Positions 53,018 to 63,398 of a DNA stretch of 64,000 bases are shown here, piece after piece. This DNA is from Spirochaetales bacterium (GTDB lineage: Bacteria; Spirochaetota; Spirochaetia; Sphaerochaetales; Sphaerochaetaceae). The DNA is taken from positions 21,421 to 85,420 of the forward strand of contig JAQYHB010000019.1 in the NCBI GenBank assembly GCA_028722305.1. Direction: 5' to 3'. A program made the translations under genes and the position numbers. The number at the start of each line of letters is the position of its first letter. The first letter of the stretch is position 1. The notes under the pieces were generated by a model. It worked only from the letters and a program-made list of their open reading frames with translations. It searched no databases and was not told where the DNA came from.

Positions 53018-54148
53018 TTATTTGATGGTGATGGAGACAGGAATCGACCACGAGTCACCGTCTTCATCGGTCAGGGTGATGGTACCCTGCTTCACATCCC
53101 CGCTCGAGCCGGAAGCGACTACCACGAAGGTACCGTTCCTTGTGGCATCAGGGGCAATGTAACGGCTGGAGAGATTGCCGGTCAGGTTGGTCACTCCATC
53201 CATCTCCAGCGACACCTTGATGCCGGAAAGGGCCTCGTTGCCCTGGTTCCTGATTGTGAAGACCAAGGGAACCTGCTGTCCGCCCGGGATGGTCATGTCC
53301 TTGTAGTAGCGGGTCTTCACATCGCTGAAGGCCACACTCTTCCAGAAAGCGGTGTAGGTAGCCGAGGAATCCTCTCCTACAGTGACCGTATCACCCTCGA
53401 GCTTGTTGCCGGACTGGTCATACCAGCCATCGAACAGATAGGAAGCATCCGGGGCCTTGGTCTCGGGTACCTTCGCGGTACTGTCGGTAACGAACTGGTC
53501 GATGCCGGTAATCGGGTCCGAGAACTTCACTCCGTTCTGGAAAATGGCGTACAGGGTCTGGTCCGAGTAGGGCATATCGATCGAGCTGCCAGCCTGGTAG
53601 GTGGCGGCGTCAGGGGTAATGCCCCATCCGACGAAGACTCCCCTATCGCTGGCATAGTCGATTGTGGGAAGCTTGACCTGCTCGCCCGGACGAACCGTGA
53701 TGGTCTGCTGGAAAGAGTAGCGGCTACGCTCTCCCTTGTTTTCCAAGGTCATGGTAAGCGTCGGACGGTAGTACGGGTCATTCTCGTACAACCACTGGCC
53801 CCACTGGCTCTTCTCGTCGTCGCTGCTCGCGCTCATCATCCTTTCAACCAGTACCTCGCTCTCGTCCCGGGAGATAGAAGGCGCCTCCAATGCGTTCAGC
53901 TGGTCAAGCGCCTGATAGTAGGCACGGCCGTTGTTCTGGGCATAGGCCTTGTCCAGCTTCTTGCGAAGAGCGCTCGAGGAAGACTCGAACGAATCCATAT
54001 CCTTTTCATATGCCTTGCTAATGTCGGAAAAACTTGCTTTCTCCAGGTCAAGGCTACTGAAACTGCCACTTGCGGCAAACACACTCGAAGCCGCAAGGAC
54101 CATTGCCAGCCCTGCCGCGAATACTTTCGATCTCAAAGAAACTCTCAT
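53018..54148 (-). CDS. secreted protein with Listeria-Bacteroides (InlB B-repeat-like) repeat domains
   Basis: Signal peptide MRVSLRSKVFAAGLAMVLAASSVFA. Two F.GW...Y..G......LYA.F/W-type units (GVFVGWGITPDAATYQAGSSIDMPYSDQTLYAIF; YLFDGWYDQSGNKLEGDTVTVGEDSSATYTAFW). Beta-rich C-terminus. Confidence 0.7.
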   Translation of the reverse strand: MRVSLRSKVFAAGLAMVLAASSVFAASGSFSSLDLEKASFSDISKAYEKDMDSFESSSSALRKKLDKAYAQNNGRAYYQALDQLNALEAPSISRDESEVLVERMMSASSDDEKSQWGQWLYENDPYYRPTLTMTLENKGERSRYSFQQTITVRPGEQVKLPTIDYASDRGVFVGWGITPDAATYQAGSSIDMPYSDQTLYAIFQNGVKFSDPITGIDQFVTDSTAKVPETKAPDASYLFDGWYDQSGNKLEGDTVTVGEDSSATYTAFWKSVAFSDVKTRYYKDMTIPGGQQVPLVFTIRNQGNEALSGIKVSLEMDGVTNLTGNLSSRYIAPDATRNGTFVVVASGSSGDVKQGTITLTDEDGDSWSIPVSITIK

Positions 54149-54317
54149 ATGCTTGCACCTCTTGGCTACGAATATATTCCATTCCCGGCGAAAAAGCGCA
54201 TTGGGGCTCGTTTCTTTATAATTCTCCACAAAGGTGAATCCAATCCGTGGAGTTCTGAGAAGAAAGGAAGGTTTGTACCCCCCGAAAAAAGCAAAATGAC
54301 AAAAAGCGGCGACACAG

Positions 54318-54345
54318 AGGGACCCCTCCTTCCGGCGGGGTCCCT
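54318..54345 (-). terminator. GC-rich hairpin after ilvD
   Basis: 9-bp stem AGGGACCCC/GGGGTCCCT, 11 nt after the ilvD stop. The T-run on the minus strand is displaced by about 13 nt. Confidence 0.45.
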
Positions 54346-54355
54346 GGCTTATCGC

Positions 54356-56053
54356 TCAGTCGACGCTCTTGAAGACCGCGCCGGTCGAGGCGCTGGTGAC
54401 CATCTTGGCATAGCGTGCCAGATAGCCGGTCTTGATGGGGCATTCCTTCTTGACCCAATGCTTCCTGCGCTCGGCAAGGGTCTTCTCGTCGACCAACAGC
54501 TCCAGCTTGAAGGAGCTGATGTCGATCAGAATCTGGTCCCCCTCCTCCACCAAGCCAATCAAGCCGCCTTCGGCAGCCTCAGGGCTGACATGGCCGATCG
54601 AGGCCCCACGGGTCGCTCCGCTGAACCGTCCATCAGTGATCAAGGCGACGGACTTGTCCAAGCCCATGCCGGCAATCACGCTGGTCGGCTCCAGCATCTC
54701 CCGCATGCCCGGACCGCCCTTGGGCCCTTCGTAGCGGATGACCACCACATCACCCGGCTTGATCTTGCCGGCGAGAATCGCCTTGTCGGCGTCCTCCTCG
54801 CTGTCGAAGACACGGGCGGGGCCCTGATGGCGGAGCATCTCGGGGGCAACAGCGCTGCGTTTGACGACGGCGCCATCGACGGCCAGGTTGCCCTTCAGGA
54901 TGGCGATGCCGCCATTCTTCGAGTAAGGATTGTCCAGCGGGCGGATCACCTCGTGGTCATAGACCTGCGCCTCGTCGATCTGCTGCCCGATTGTCTTGCC
55001 GCTGACCGTGGGAAGACCGGTCTTCAGTAGCTTGGCCTCGGCCAGTTCCTTCATGACCGCCATGATGCCGCCAGCGAACATCAGGTCCTCCATGTGGTCC
55101 TTGCCAGCGGGGGCGAGATGGCAGATGTTCGGGGTCTTGGAAGAAAGCTCGTTGATCTGCATCAGGTCGATGGAAAGCCCCGCTTCGTGGGCGATGGCGG
55201 GCACATGCAGGACGGTGTTGGTCGAGCAACCCAAGGCCATGTCGACGGTCAGCGCGTTGGTGAAGGCGTCCTGGGTCAGGATGTCGCGCGGGCGGACATC
55301 CTTTTCCAGCAGCTTCATCACGCGATAGCCGGCCTCTTTGGCCAGGCGCTCCCGGGCCGAGTAGACGGCGGGGATAGTTCCGTTGCCGGGAAGGGCGATA
55401 CCCATCGCCTCGCATAGGCAGTTCATGCTGTTCGCGGTGTACATGCCGGAACAGGAACCGCAGGTGGGGCAGCAGTAGTCCTCCCACAGATGGACGCCCT
55501 TCTCGTCCAGCGTGCCGGCGGCATAGCGGCCCACCGCCTCGAACATCGTCGACAGGCTCATGCCTTTCTTGTCACCACCCGGCACATGGCCGGCCAGCAT
55601 CGGACCGCCACTGACAAAGATGCAGGGCAGGTTCAGCCGAAGGGCCGCCATCAGCATGCCGGGGACGATCTTGTCGCAGTTGGGAACGAAGACTAGGGCG
55701 TCAAAGGGGTGTGCCGTCGCCTCGATCTCGATCGAGTCGGCGATCAGCTCACGGCTTGCCAGGGAATATTTCATGCCGGTATGGCCCATGGCGATTCCGT
55801 CGCAGACACCGATGCAGGGGAAGGCAACCGGGTTGCCGCCAGATTCCCTGACACCGGCCTTGACCGCGTCTACGATGCGCTTGATTCCGATATGTCCGGG
55901 AATAATCTCATTGGTCGAGTCGACGATGCCGATCATCGGCATGTCCAATTCACGCTCGGTCCAGCCAAGCGCCTTCATCAGCGACCGGTGGGGAGCTCTC
56001 TCGACCCCCTGCGTCACCACTTCCGAACGTAGGTTCTTTTCCATAGTGCTCAT
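54356..56053 (-). CDS. ilvD: dihydroxy-acid dehydratase
   Basis: 565 aa; canonical IlvD motifs ([30 protein letters not shown]). Last gene of the leu-ilv operon. Confidence 0.95.
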   Translation of the reverse strand: MSTMEKNLRSEVVTQGVERAPHRSLMKALGWTERELDMPMIGIVDSTNEIIPGHIGIKRIVDAVKAGVRESGGNPVAFPCIGVCDGIAMGHTGMKYSLASRELIADSIEIEATAHPFDALVFVPNCDKIVPGMLMAALRLNLPCIFVSGGPMLAGHVPGGDKKGMSLSTMFEAVGRYAAGTLDEKGVHLWEDYCCPTCGSCSGMYTANSMNCLCEAMGIALPGNGTIPAVYSARERLAKEAGYRVMKLLEKDVRPRDILTQDAFTNALTVDMALGCSTNTVLHVPAIAHEAGLSIDLMQINELSSKTPNICHLAPAGKDHMEDLMFAGGIMAVMKELAEAKLLKTGLPTVSGKTIGQQIDEAQVYDHEVIRPLDNPYSKNGGIAILKGNLAVDGAVVKRSAVAPEMLRHQGPARVFDSEEDADKAILAGKIKPGDVVVIRYEGPKGGPGMREMLEPTSVIAGMGLDKSVALITDGRFSGATRGASIGHVSPEAAEGGLIGLVEEGDQILIDISSFKLELLVDEKTLAERRKHWVKKECPIKTGYLARYAKMVTSASTGAVFKSVD

Positions 56054-57108
56054 ACCTCCTGGGCGACCAAGTCGCCCATCTGCTTGGTTCCAACTTGTCT
56101 CATGTCATCTTCCATGATGTCGGGAGTACGGTATCCTTTCTCCAGCACCGTGGCAACCGCCTTCTCGATGGCGTCAGCCTCCTTGGCCATGCCGAACGAG
56201 TAGCGCAACATCATGGCTCCGCTGAGGATGGTGGCAAGCGGGTTGGCGATGTCTTTGCCGGCGATGTCAGGGGCGGAGCCGTGGATCGGCTCGTACATGC
56301 CCAAGCTCCCAGAGCCAAGGCTGGCCGAGGGAAGCATGCCGATTGAGCCGGTAATCTGGCTCGCCTCGTCGCTGAGGATATCCCCGAACATGTTGCAGGT
56401 GACAATCACGTCGAACTGAGCGGGGTTGCGCACCAACTGCATGCTTGCGTTATCCACGTACAGGTGGCTCACCCGCACCTCGGGGAATTCCTTGCCGATT
56501 CTCTCGACAATCCCCCTCCACTTCCGGCTGGTGGCAAGGACGTTCGCCTTGTCGACGCTGCAGAGCCTCTTGCCCCGCGCCATGGCGATCTCGAATCCCT
56601 TGCGGACAATCCGCTCGATCTCGCCATCATGGTACTCCATCGTGTCGAAAGCGTAATCTCCCTCGCTGCCGCGCTTGCCGAAGTAGATGCCACCGGTCAG
56701 CTCGCGGACAATCATGATGTCAAGGCCATCGGCGATGATCGAATCCTTCAAAGGGGAAGCGGCTTTCAGCTCGGGGTAGATACGCGCCGGGCGCAGGTTG
56801 CAGAAAAGCCCTAGCCCTTTGCGCAGCGCCAGCAGTCCTTTTTCCGGGCGACGGGATGGCTCGACGCTGTCCCACTTCGGACCGCCGACGGCACCAAGCA
56901 GGACGCTGTCGCTCTTTTTGCAGGCGTCAAGCGTCTCGTCGGTAAGGGGGACGCCATATGCGTCAATCGAGCATCCACCAAAGAGATGCTTTTCGAACGT
57001 GAAGCGATGGCCGAATTTCCCGGCCGTCCGTTCCATCACCTTGATTGCCTCGTCACAGATATCGGGACCGATTCCATCACCGGCCACCACCGCGATATGC
57101 TTGTTCAT
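56050..57108 (-). CDS. leuB: 3-isopropylmalate dehydrogenase
   Basis: [24 protein letters not shown] and GSAPDIAGK motifs. Confidence 0.95.
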   Translation of the reverse strand: MNKHIAVVAGDGIGPDICDEAIKVMERTAGKFGHRFTFEKHLFGGCSIDAYGVPLTDETLDACKKSDSVLLGAVGGPKWDSVEPSRRPEKGLLALRKGLGLFCNLRPARIYPELKAASPLKDSIIADGLDIMIVRELTGGIYFGKRGSEGDYAFDTMEYHDGEIERIVRKGFEIAMARGKRLCSVDKANVLATSRKWRGIVERIGKEFPEVRVSHLYVDNASMQLVRNPAQFDVIVTCNMFGDILSDEASQITGSIGMLPSASLGSGSLGMYEPIHGSAPDIAGKDIANPLATILSGAMMLRYSFGMAKEADAIEKAVATVLEKGYRTPDIMEDDMRQVGTKQMGDLVAQEV

Positions 57109-57599
57109 TTCCTCGCCTCCTGCTTCATGTAATTGGCCAGACCTCCCGCGGCGATCAACGCCTGCATGAACGGAGGGAATGGCTCGGCATGGAAGGCCTT
57201 GCCCTGGGTCTCGTCGGTGATGACGCCGGAATCGAAATCAATCGAGACCACATCCCCGCCCTTGATCGCGTCGCAGGCCTCGGGGCATTCGAGAATCGGA
57301 AGGCCGATATTCAGGGCGTTGCGGTAGAAGATGCGGGCGAAGGAACGGGCGATGACGCAGGAGATGCCGCTGGCCTTGATGGCCAAGGGGGCATGCTCGC
57401 GGCTCGAGCCACAGCCGAAGTTCTTGTCGGCGACGATGATGTCGCCGCTTTTCACGTCACGGATGAAGCCACGGTCCAAGTCCTCCATACAGTGGCTTGC
57501 CAGCTCTTTCGGATCACTGGTATTGAGATACCGTGCCGGAATGATCACATCCGTATCGACATTGTCTCCGTAACGGAACACATTTCCACGAGCCTGCAT
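57105..57599 (-). CDS. leuD: 3-isopropylmalate dehydratase small subunit
   Basis: 164 aa; [14 protein letters not shown] and [11 protein letters not shown] motifs. Confidence 0.95.
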   Translation of the reverse strand: MQARGNVFRYGDNVDTDVIIPARYLNTSDPKELASHCMEDLDRGFIRDVKSGDIIVADKNFGCGSSREHAPLAIKASGISCVIARSFARIFYRNALNIGLPILECPEACDAIKGGDVVSIDFDSGVITDETQGKAFHAEPFPPFMQALIAAGGLANYMKQEARK

Positions 57600-58873
57600 C
57601 AGTTCTCCTCCTTCATGAATGCCGCCGGATCGGTCAGGTATCCGGTCACCGCACTTGCGGCGGCGGTAGCCGGGCTTGCAAGATAGACCTCGCTGGTCGC
57701 CTCACCCATACGCCCGACAAAGTTGCGGTTGGTAGTGCTGACCGCCTTTTCCCCTGCCGCCAGCACACCCATATAGCCTCCCAGGCAGGGGCCGCAGGTC
57801 GGAGTCGATACAACGCAGCCGGCATCGATGAAGATGTCGAAAAGCCCCTCATCCATCGCCTGCTTGTAAATCAGCTGGGTGGCGGGAAGGATGATGCAGC
57901 GGACCCAGGGGGCGACCGTACGCCCCTTCAGAATCTCCGCGGCAGCCTCCAGATCGCTCAGCCTGCCGTTGGTGCAGGAGCCGATGACGCTCTGGTCGAT
58001 GCGGACCTCGCCAATCTGGTCGAAGGTCCTCGCGTTCTCCGGCAGATGGGGGAAGCTGACCGTGCTCTTGATCCGGGATAGGTCGATCTCGTAGGTGGCG
58101 GTGTACTGGGCGTCCTCGTCGGCCTGGAAAACGACCGGCTCGCGCTTGCACCGCCCCTTCAGGTAGGCAAGGGTCCTCTCATCGACCGGGAAGATGCCGT
58201 TCTTGGCCCCGGCCTCGATTGCCATGTTGCAGATGGTAAAACGGTCATCCATCGTCAGGTTGGCCACTCCGTCACCGGTAAATTCCATGCTTTGGTACAG
58301 GGCTCCGTCCACACCAATCATGCCGATGATGGAAAGGATCAGGTCCTTGCCGGACACATAGGGCCTGAAGGCGCCGTGCAGAATGAAACGGATAGCGCTG
58401 GGAACCTTGAACCAGTCTCGTCCCGTGGCCATGCCGCAGGCCATATCGGTAGATCCGACCCCGGTGGAGAAGGCGCCCACCGCACCATAGGTGCAGGTAT
58501 GGCTGTCAGCCCCGATGATCAGGTCGCCGGCGTTGGTCAGGCCTTGTTCCGGCAGCAGGGCATGCTCCACTCCGGCCCTGCCTGTTTCCCAATAGTGGGT
58601 GATCCGCTGGGCGTAGGCGAACTCGCGCATGCACTTGCACTGGGTCGCCGCCTTGATGTCCTTGTTCGGAGCGAAGTGGTCGGGTACCAGGGCGATCTTG
58701 TCCTTGTCAAAAACTTCCTCGTGACCGAATTTCGGAAACTCCCTGACCGCCGGCGCGGTAGTGATGTCATTGCCCAACACAAGATCCAGATCCGCCATGA
58801 CCAGCTGTCCGGCGTGGACCTCCTTCAGGCCAGCGTGGCTAGCCAGGATTTTCTGCGACATTGTCATTCCCAT
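57599..58873 (-). CDS. leuC: 3-isopropylmalate dehydratase large subunit
   Basis: Aconitase-family motifs ([24 protein letters not shown]). Confidence 0.95.
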   Translation of the reverse strand: MGMTMSQKILASHAGLKEVHAGQLVMADLDLVLGNDITTAPAVREFPKFGHEEVFDKDKIALVPDHFAPNKDIKAATQCKCMREFAYAQRITHYWETGRAGVEHALLPEQGLTNAGDLIIGADSHTCTYGAVGAFSTGVGSTDMACGMATGRDWFKVPSAIRFILHGAFRPYVSGKDLILSIIGMIGVDGALYQSMEFTGDGVANLTMDDRFTICNMAIEAGAKNGIFPVDERTLAYLKGRCKREPVVFQADEDAQYTATYEIDLSRIKSTVSFPHLPENARTFDQIGEVRIDQSVIGSCTNGRLSDLEAAAEILKGRTVAPWVRCIILPATQLIYKQAMDEGLFDIFIDAGCVVSTPTCGPCLGGYMGVLAAGEKAVSTTNRNFVGRMGEATSEVYLASPATAAASAVTGYLTDPAAFMKEEN

Positions 58874-58875
58874 GC

Positions 58876-60483
58876 TCAGTTCTCCTCTGAATCCTTATCG
58901 GTATGGCCGATCAGCATATCGTTGGACTCGTCGATCTTGTATGCCGATATCCCTACTCCGCTCGGTTCGACTTCGTCGTCCAGCATCAGGTTGATCGCGC
59001 TGATGCAGGAGAGGATGGAGGCCTCGATAATATCGGTCGAGACCCCACGGCCCCGGTAGAATCCCCTTCCGTCGGAAATCTTGACCAACGCCTCGCCTTG
59101 GGCGTCACGGTGTTCGGTGACCGCCTGGACACTGTAGTCCTCGAGGCTGAAGGGATGACGGACAATCTTCTCGATGGCGCGGAGCGCGGAGTAAATCGGG
59201 CCGGTCCCATAGGCGACCCCAGTGACGTCCTTGCCGTTCTTGGCAAGAGTGACACAGGCCATGCTGTTGATCGTGTTGCCGCTGGAGACGGTGTAGGAAA
59301 CCAGCTTCCAGACATTCTCGCGCTTACTCGGCCTGCTCTCCATCAGGGCGATCAGGTCGGCGTCGGTGATGTTCTTCTTCTTGTCCGCCAGGTTCTTGAA
59401 GGACTCGAAGATCGCAGGCATCTCGCTATCGGTGATGTGCTTGTAGCCGATCTCCTCCAGATGGCCGCGCAGGGCGTGGGCGCCGCTGTGCTTGCCAAGC
59501 ACCAGGCTGGTCTTCTGGACACCAACCGATTCGGGCGTCAGGATCTCGTAGGTCCGGCTGTTCGCCATCATGCCATGCTGGTGGATGCCGCTCTCATGGG
59601 CGAAGGCGTTGGCGCCGACAATCGCCTTGCTCGGGCTGATCTTGACGCCGGTGATGGTCGAAAGGAGCCTGGCGGAAGGATAGATCTGCTGGGTGACGAT
59701 TCCGGTCTCATAGGGGTACTCGTCGTGTCGAGTCTTCATCTCCATGACCACTTCCTCGATGGCGGCGTTGCCAGCCCTCTCGCCGATACCGCAGACACAC
59801 CCCTCGACCTGCCGGGCGCCAGCCTCGATTGAGGCGAGCGTATTGGCTACCGCCATGCCGAGGTCATTATGGCAGTGGGTGGAAAGCACCACCTTGTCGG
59901 CGCCTGGAACCTTCTCCAGGATGGTGCCGAACATCTCCTTCATGTCCTTCGGGGTGGCATAGCCGACCGTATCGGGCAGGTTGATGGTGGTGGCGCCCGC
60001 CTTGATGGCGGCTTCCACGGCCCGGCAGAGGAATTCCAGGTCGGTACGAGTCGCATCCTCGCAGGAGAACTCGATGTCCGGGCAATAGTTGCGGGCATAG
60101 GAGACCGCCATCCGGATCTGGTCCAGAGCCTGCTCGCGGCTCATCCTCAGCTTGTACTGCAGGTGCAGGTCGCTGGTGGCAAGAAAGGTGTGGATGCGTG
60201 GATGCTCCGCCTCCTTGACCGCCTGCCAGGCGGCATCGATGTCCTTGACCAGCGCGCGGGAGAGGGAAGCTACCGTCACAGACCCCATCACCTTGCTGAT
60301 CTGGCGTACCGACTCGAAGTCCCCCGGGGAGGCGATCGCGAAACCTGCCTCGATGATGTCGATGCCTAAAGCCTTCAGCTGGGCGGCCATCCTCAGCTTC
60401 TCGTCCAGGTTCATGCTGTACCCGGGCGCCTGCTCGCCGTCGCGCAGCGTCGTGTCGAAAATCCAGACTCTTTTGTCTGCCAT
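58876..60483 (-). CDS. leuA: 2-isopropylmalate synthase
   Basis: ATG 60483 gives [33 protein letters not shown] is present, along with the C-terminal LeuA dimerisation/regulatory domain. The 45 upstream codons of the track ORF are not protein-like. Confidence 0.95.
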   Translation of the reverse strand: MADKRVWIFDTTLRDGEQAPGYSMNLDEKLRMAAQLKALGIDIIEAGFAIASPGDFESVRQISKVMGSVTVASLSRALVKDIDAAWQAVKEAEHPRIHTFLATSDLHLQYKLRMSREQALDQIRMAVSYARNYCPDIEFSCEDATRTDLEFLCRAVEAAIKAGATTINLPDTVGYATPKDMKEMFGTILEKVPGADKVVLSTHCHNDLGMAVANTLASIEAGARQVEGCVCGIGERAGNAAIEEVVMEMKTRHDEYPYETGIVTQQIYPSARLLSTITGVKISPSKAIVGANAFAHESGIHQHGMMANSRTYEILTPESVGVQKTSLVLGKHSGAHALRGHLEEIGYKHITDSEMPAIFESFKNLADKKKNITDADLIALMESRPSKRENVWKLVSYTVSSGNTINSMACVTLAKNGKDVTGVAYGTGPIYSALRAIEKIVRHPFSLEDYSVQAVTEHRDAQGEALVKISDGRGFYRGRGVSTDIIEASILSCISAINLMLDDEVEPSGVGISAYKIDESNDMLIGHTDKDSEEN

Positions 60484-60750
60484 ACCATTCTCCTTTCCCG
60501 TGCCGGGATATGCTGATACGGAGGAACCGGCATAGTTCCGGTCCCTCATCTGTCTCGTTGTCGGTGTGTTTGATTGTCCAGTCTGCATCCTCATTCCTCC
60601 AGGCGGTTGTGGTATCACGACTTTCTGTCACCCGTCGGAATGGTTGATTCTCAACGAGTGACGGACGTAAGGAGGAGGGATAGGGAACATGCACAGGAAA
60701 TATTATGATACATACCATGTTCCTCCTCAGGTTGAAAGATGCTTGTAGTT

Positions 60751-60780
60751 GTATTAGCAAGTTGCTCGCTTCTCTGTCAA
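60751..60780 (-). promoter_or_regulatory. candidate sigma70-type promoter of the leu operon
   Basis: The minus strand reads TTGACA (60780-60775), 18 nt, then TAATAC (60756-60751). This would give a leader of about 265 nt. Confidence 0.3.
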
Positions 60781-60873
60781 GCGAGAGGGGAATGGAGGGA
60801 ACCAACGGGGTCCAACTATAGCAAAAATGTACGCAATCCCCTATGATTATTCCCATCCAAGGAGCGAAACCGA

Positions 60874-61644
60874 ATGAGTTATACGGTGGTTCTGGTAGAA
60901 GACGAGAAAATTGTGCGTGACGAACTGGTTGAGAGCATCAATTGGGATAAATTGGGCTTGCATCTTGTAGGAGCTGCCGGCGACGGCCTCGAGGGCGAGG
61001 CGATGATCAAGAAGCTGGAACCTGATATCGTCATCACCGACATCAGGCTTCCGGGCATCGACGGCCTGGAAATGCTGGCCCGTTGCTCGGTCGACCATGC
61101 GGTGATCCTGAGCGGGCACACCGACTTTTCCTACATGAAGACAGCCATCCGGCTCGGAGTATTCGATTACCTGCTCAAGCCGGTTGACGACGACGAGCTG
61201 GAGCAGACCCTGTTCAAGCTGGTGCAGCGCATCAAGGAAGAGGACAGCGACTACGAGCGGCTGAAGAAGACCCGCACTCCCAGCGGGGCCGAGCTGATCG
61301 CCCTGCCCCACGCGGTCAACAACCACGTGGTGGACAACGCCATCGGCTTCATCGCCACCAACTACGGCAAGCCGGTCGGGCTCCAGGAAGCGGCCCAGTT
61401 CCTCGGACTTTCGGAGAGCCATCTGTCCCGCCTGTTCAAGGAGGTCACCGGGCTGAACTTCCTGCAGTACCTGAACGCATGGAGAGTCAACAAGAGCATC
61501 GACCTGATGAAGGACCCGAAGCTCAACATCGGCGAGATCGCCACCCAGTGCGGATTCCCGACTCCGGGATACTTCGCCAAAATATTCAAGCGCTTCGCTG
61601 GCGTCACCCCGACCCAGTACCGTGACGAGCACTCCGCATTCTGA
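60874..61644 (+). CDS. response regulator with AraC-type HTH output (YesN-like)
   Basis: REC domain (YTVVLVEDEKIVRDEL...IVITDIRLPGIDG...KP) plus an AraC HTH (SESHLSRLFKE...GFPTPGYFAKIFKRFAGVTPTQYR). Confidence 0.9.
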   Translation: MSYTVVLVEDEKIVRDELVESINWDKLGLHLVGAAGDGLEGEAMIKKLEPDIVITDIRLPGIDGLEMLARCSVDHAVILSGHTDFSYMKTAIRLGVFDYLLKPVDDDELEQTLFKLVQRIKEEDSDYERLKKTRTPSGAELIALPHAVNNHVVDNAIGFIATNYGKPVGLQEAAQFLGLSESHLSRLFKEVTGLNFLQYLNAWRVNKSIDLMKDPKLNIGEIATQCGFPTPGYFAKIFKRFAGVTPTQYRDEHSAF

Positions 61645-63398
61645 TGGGAAAACGTCCGACCACCCTCTTCCGGCTGCTTTTGACCGCCTTTCTGGTCGTC
61701 ATGCTGTTGCCGGTCGGAGGGTTGCTCGCCAGCTACCACCTCTGGGGCAACCAGAACCTGGTACGCAGCCTCCAGGGGCAGGTCCAGATCGCCACGGAGC
61801 GTGACGCCCAGCAAATCGCCAGTGTCCTGGATTCCTTCAGGCATGACGCCTACCTGCTCTCCACCAACCCGGATACCATCCGGATCCTCGAGGAAGACCC
61901 CCAGTGGCTCAGCGGGGAGGAAAGCAGGAAGATTTACGCGCAGATGTTCCTCACCATGCGCAGCGAAAGCAGTTCAGCCATCGCCAACATCGTCAGCAAC
62001 AGCGGCAACGTCCGCCTTTCCACCCACGAGTTTCCCAGCGACTACGACTTGCGATTCCACACCAATGGCTGGGACGTGGACAACGTCCTTTCCCAGATGG
62101 AGAACCGCTCCCAGACGGCAAGCATGATTTCCATCCGTGGCAGGCAGGCCTCGAACGCCGGGGAGCCGATCATCGCCACCATCATCCGGCGTGTGTACAA
62201 CGCAGAGGGAAGGAACCTTGGCTACGTGATTGTCGAGGTGACGGGCAGCGCCTTCTCCGGCAAGCTGAACCAGAACTCGATGCTGATCGACGAAATCCTG
62301 ATTGACCGTGACACGTTCTACGCCCGCAGCATTCTGCACCCCACCATCTCCGGTGGATTTGACCGGTTTCCCGCTTTGGACGCCAAAATGGCGCTGGTAC
62401 CCCATTCCTATGTGGCCAACGACTCGGTAGTCAACATCAGCCCGCTTGCCGGAACCGAATTGCTGGTTGCCGGCACAATCAGCGCAACTCCCTACCAGAA
62501 CAACATGCAGCGTTGGCTGCTGGTAGTGGCGATCGCCATCGTCATCGGCAGCTGCATCGCCATCCTGGTCGCCATGGCGTTCACCCGCTCGGTCGACCAG
62601 CCGATCAAAAGCCTGGTCGCGTCGATGAAGGATGTCGAACAGGGCAACATGAAGCCTACCGCGGGCCGGACCAACATCAAGGAAATCAAGGAGCTCGACG
62701 CTTCCTTCAACCGGATGGTCGAGCAGATCACCAATCTGTTGCAATTGACCAGGGAGGAAGAGTCCAAGGTGGCTGAAGCCGAACGCAAGGCGCTCGAAAG
62801 CCAGATGAACCCTCATTTCCTCTTCAACACCCTGAACACCATCAAGGCGCTGGCCCGGATGCATCACGAAGACCAGATCTACCAGATTACCCTGAAGCTG
62901 GGGAAACTGCTGCGCAGCACGGTGGACAACCATGAGAGCGAATGCTCCATTGAGGAGAGCATCGACCTGATCGAGAGCTACCTGACCATCCAGGGCATCC
63001 GCTTCGGAGAGAAACTCCATACCGACATCTCGGTGCAGGAATCGACCCGCGACTGCATGACCCCCAAGCTGATCATCCAGCCAATGGTGGAGAATGCCAT
63101 CGTCCACGGGCTGGAGCCCAAGGCTGGCGACTGGCATATCTCCATCAAGATCACGGAATCGGAGGGAATGCTTGCAATCATCGTCTCCGACGACGGCATA
63201 GGCTTTGACCGCTCCACGCTTCCGTCCAACCTTGACGACCTGGAAGGAAGCTCCCATGTGGGCGTCTACAACGCCTATCGGCGGATCAAGATGCGCTTTG
63301 GGGACAAATCCCGGTTCACCATCGACAGCAAGGTGGGAGAAGGCACCATCATCACGATGCGGATGCCGGCCGTCCACCAGTCGGAAAAGGAAGCGTGA
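61644..63398 (+). CDS. YesM-type sensor histidine kinase
   Basis: TGATG overlap with the regulator gene. Two TM segments flank the sensor domain. A HAMP-like linker precedes SQMNPHFLFNTLNTIKAL, then the ATPase domain (IIQPMVENAIVHG...VSDDGIGF...GVYNAYRRIKMRFG). Confidence 0.9.
   Translation: MGKRPTTLFRLLLTAFLVVMLLPVGGLLASYHLWGNQNLVRSLQGQVQIATERDAQQIASVLDSFRHDAYLLSTNPDTIRILEEDPQWLSGEESRKIYAQMFLTMRSESSSAIANIVSNSGNVRLSTHEFPSDYDLRFHTNGWDVDNVLSQMENRSQTASMISIRGRQASNAGEPIIATIIRRVYNAEGRNLGYVIVEVTGSAFSGKLNQNSMLIDEILIDRDTFYARSILHPTISGGFDRFPALDAKMALVPHSYVANDSVVNISPLAGTELLVAGTISATPYQNNMQRWLLVVAIAIVIGSCIAILVAMAFTRSVDQPIKSLVASMKDVEQGNMKPTAGRTNIKEIKELDASFNRMVEQITNLLQLTREEESKVAEAERKALESQMNPHFLFNTLNTIKALARMHHEDQIYQITLKLGKLLRSTVDNHESECSIEESIDLIESYLTIQGIRFGEKLHTDISVQESTRDCMTPKLIIQPMVENAIVHGLEPKAGDWHISIKITESEGMLAIIVSDDGIGFDRSTLPSNLDDLEGSSHVGVYNAYRRIKMRFGDKSRFTIDSKVGEGTIITMRMPAVHQSEKEA

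Noticed and set aside
53000-55030. 676-aa ORF antisense to the secreted-protein gene and ilvD
   Set aside because: It crosses an intergenic region containing a hairpin and two well-supported genes. The translation is not protein-like.
59867-60856. 329-aa ORF overlapping the leuA 5' region and leader in another frame
   Set aside because: It is out of frame with a gene carrying the canonical LeuA N-terminus (DTTLRDGEQ). The Arg/Gly/Pro-rich translation is typical of an off-frame reading of GC-rich coding DNA.
61974-63377. 467-aa ORF antisense to the YesM-type kinase, together with similar antisense ORFs at 10136-11542, 13068-14321, 18562-19677, 20484-21824, 25410-26516 and 48250-49371
   Set aside because: All are embedded in genes with clear family motifs on the other strand and have low-complexity translations. 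They are artefacts of stop-codon depletion in GC-rich coding DNA.
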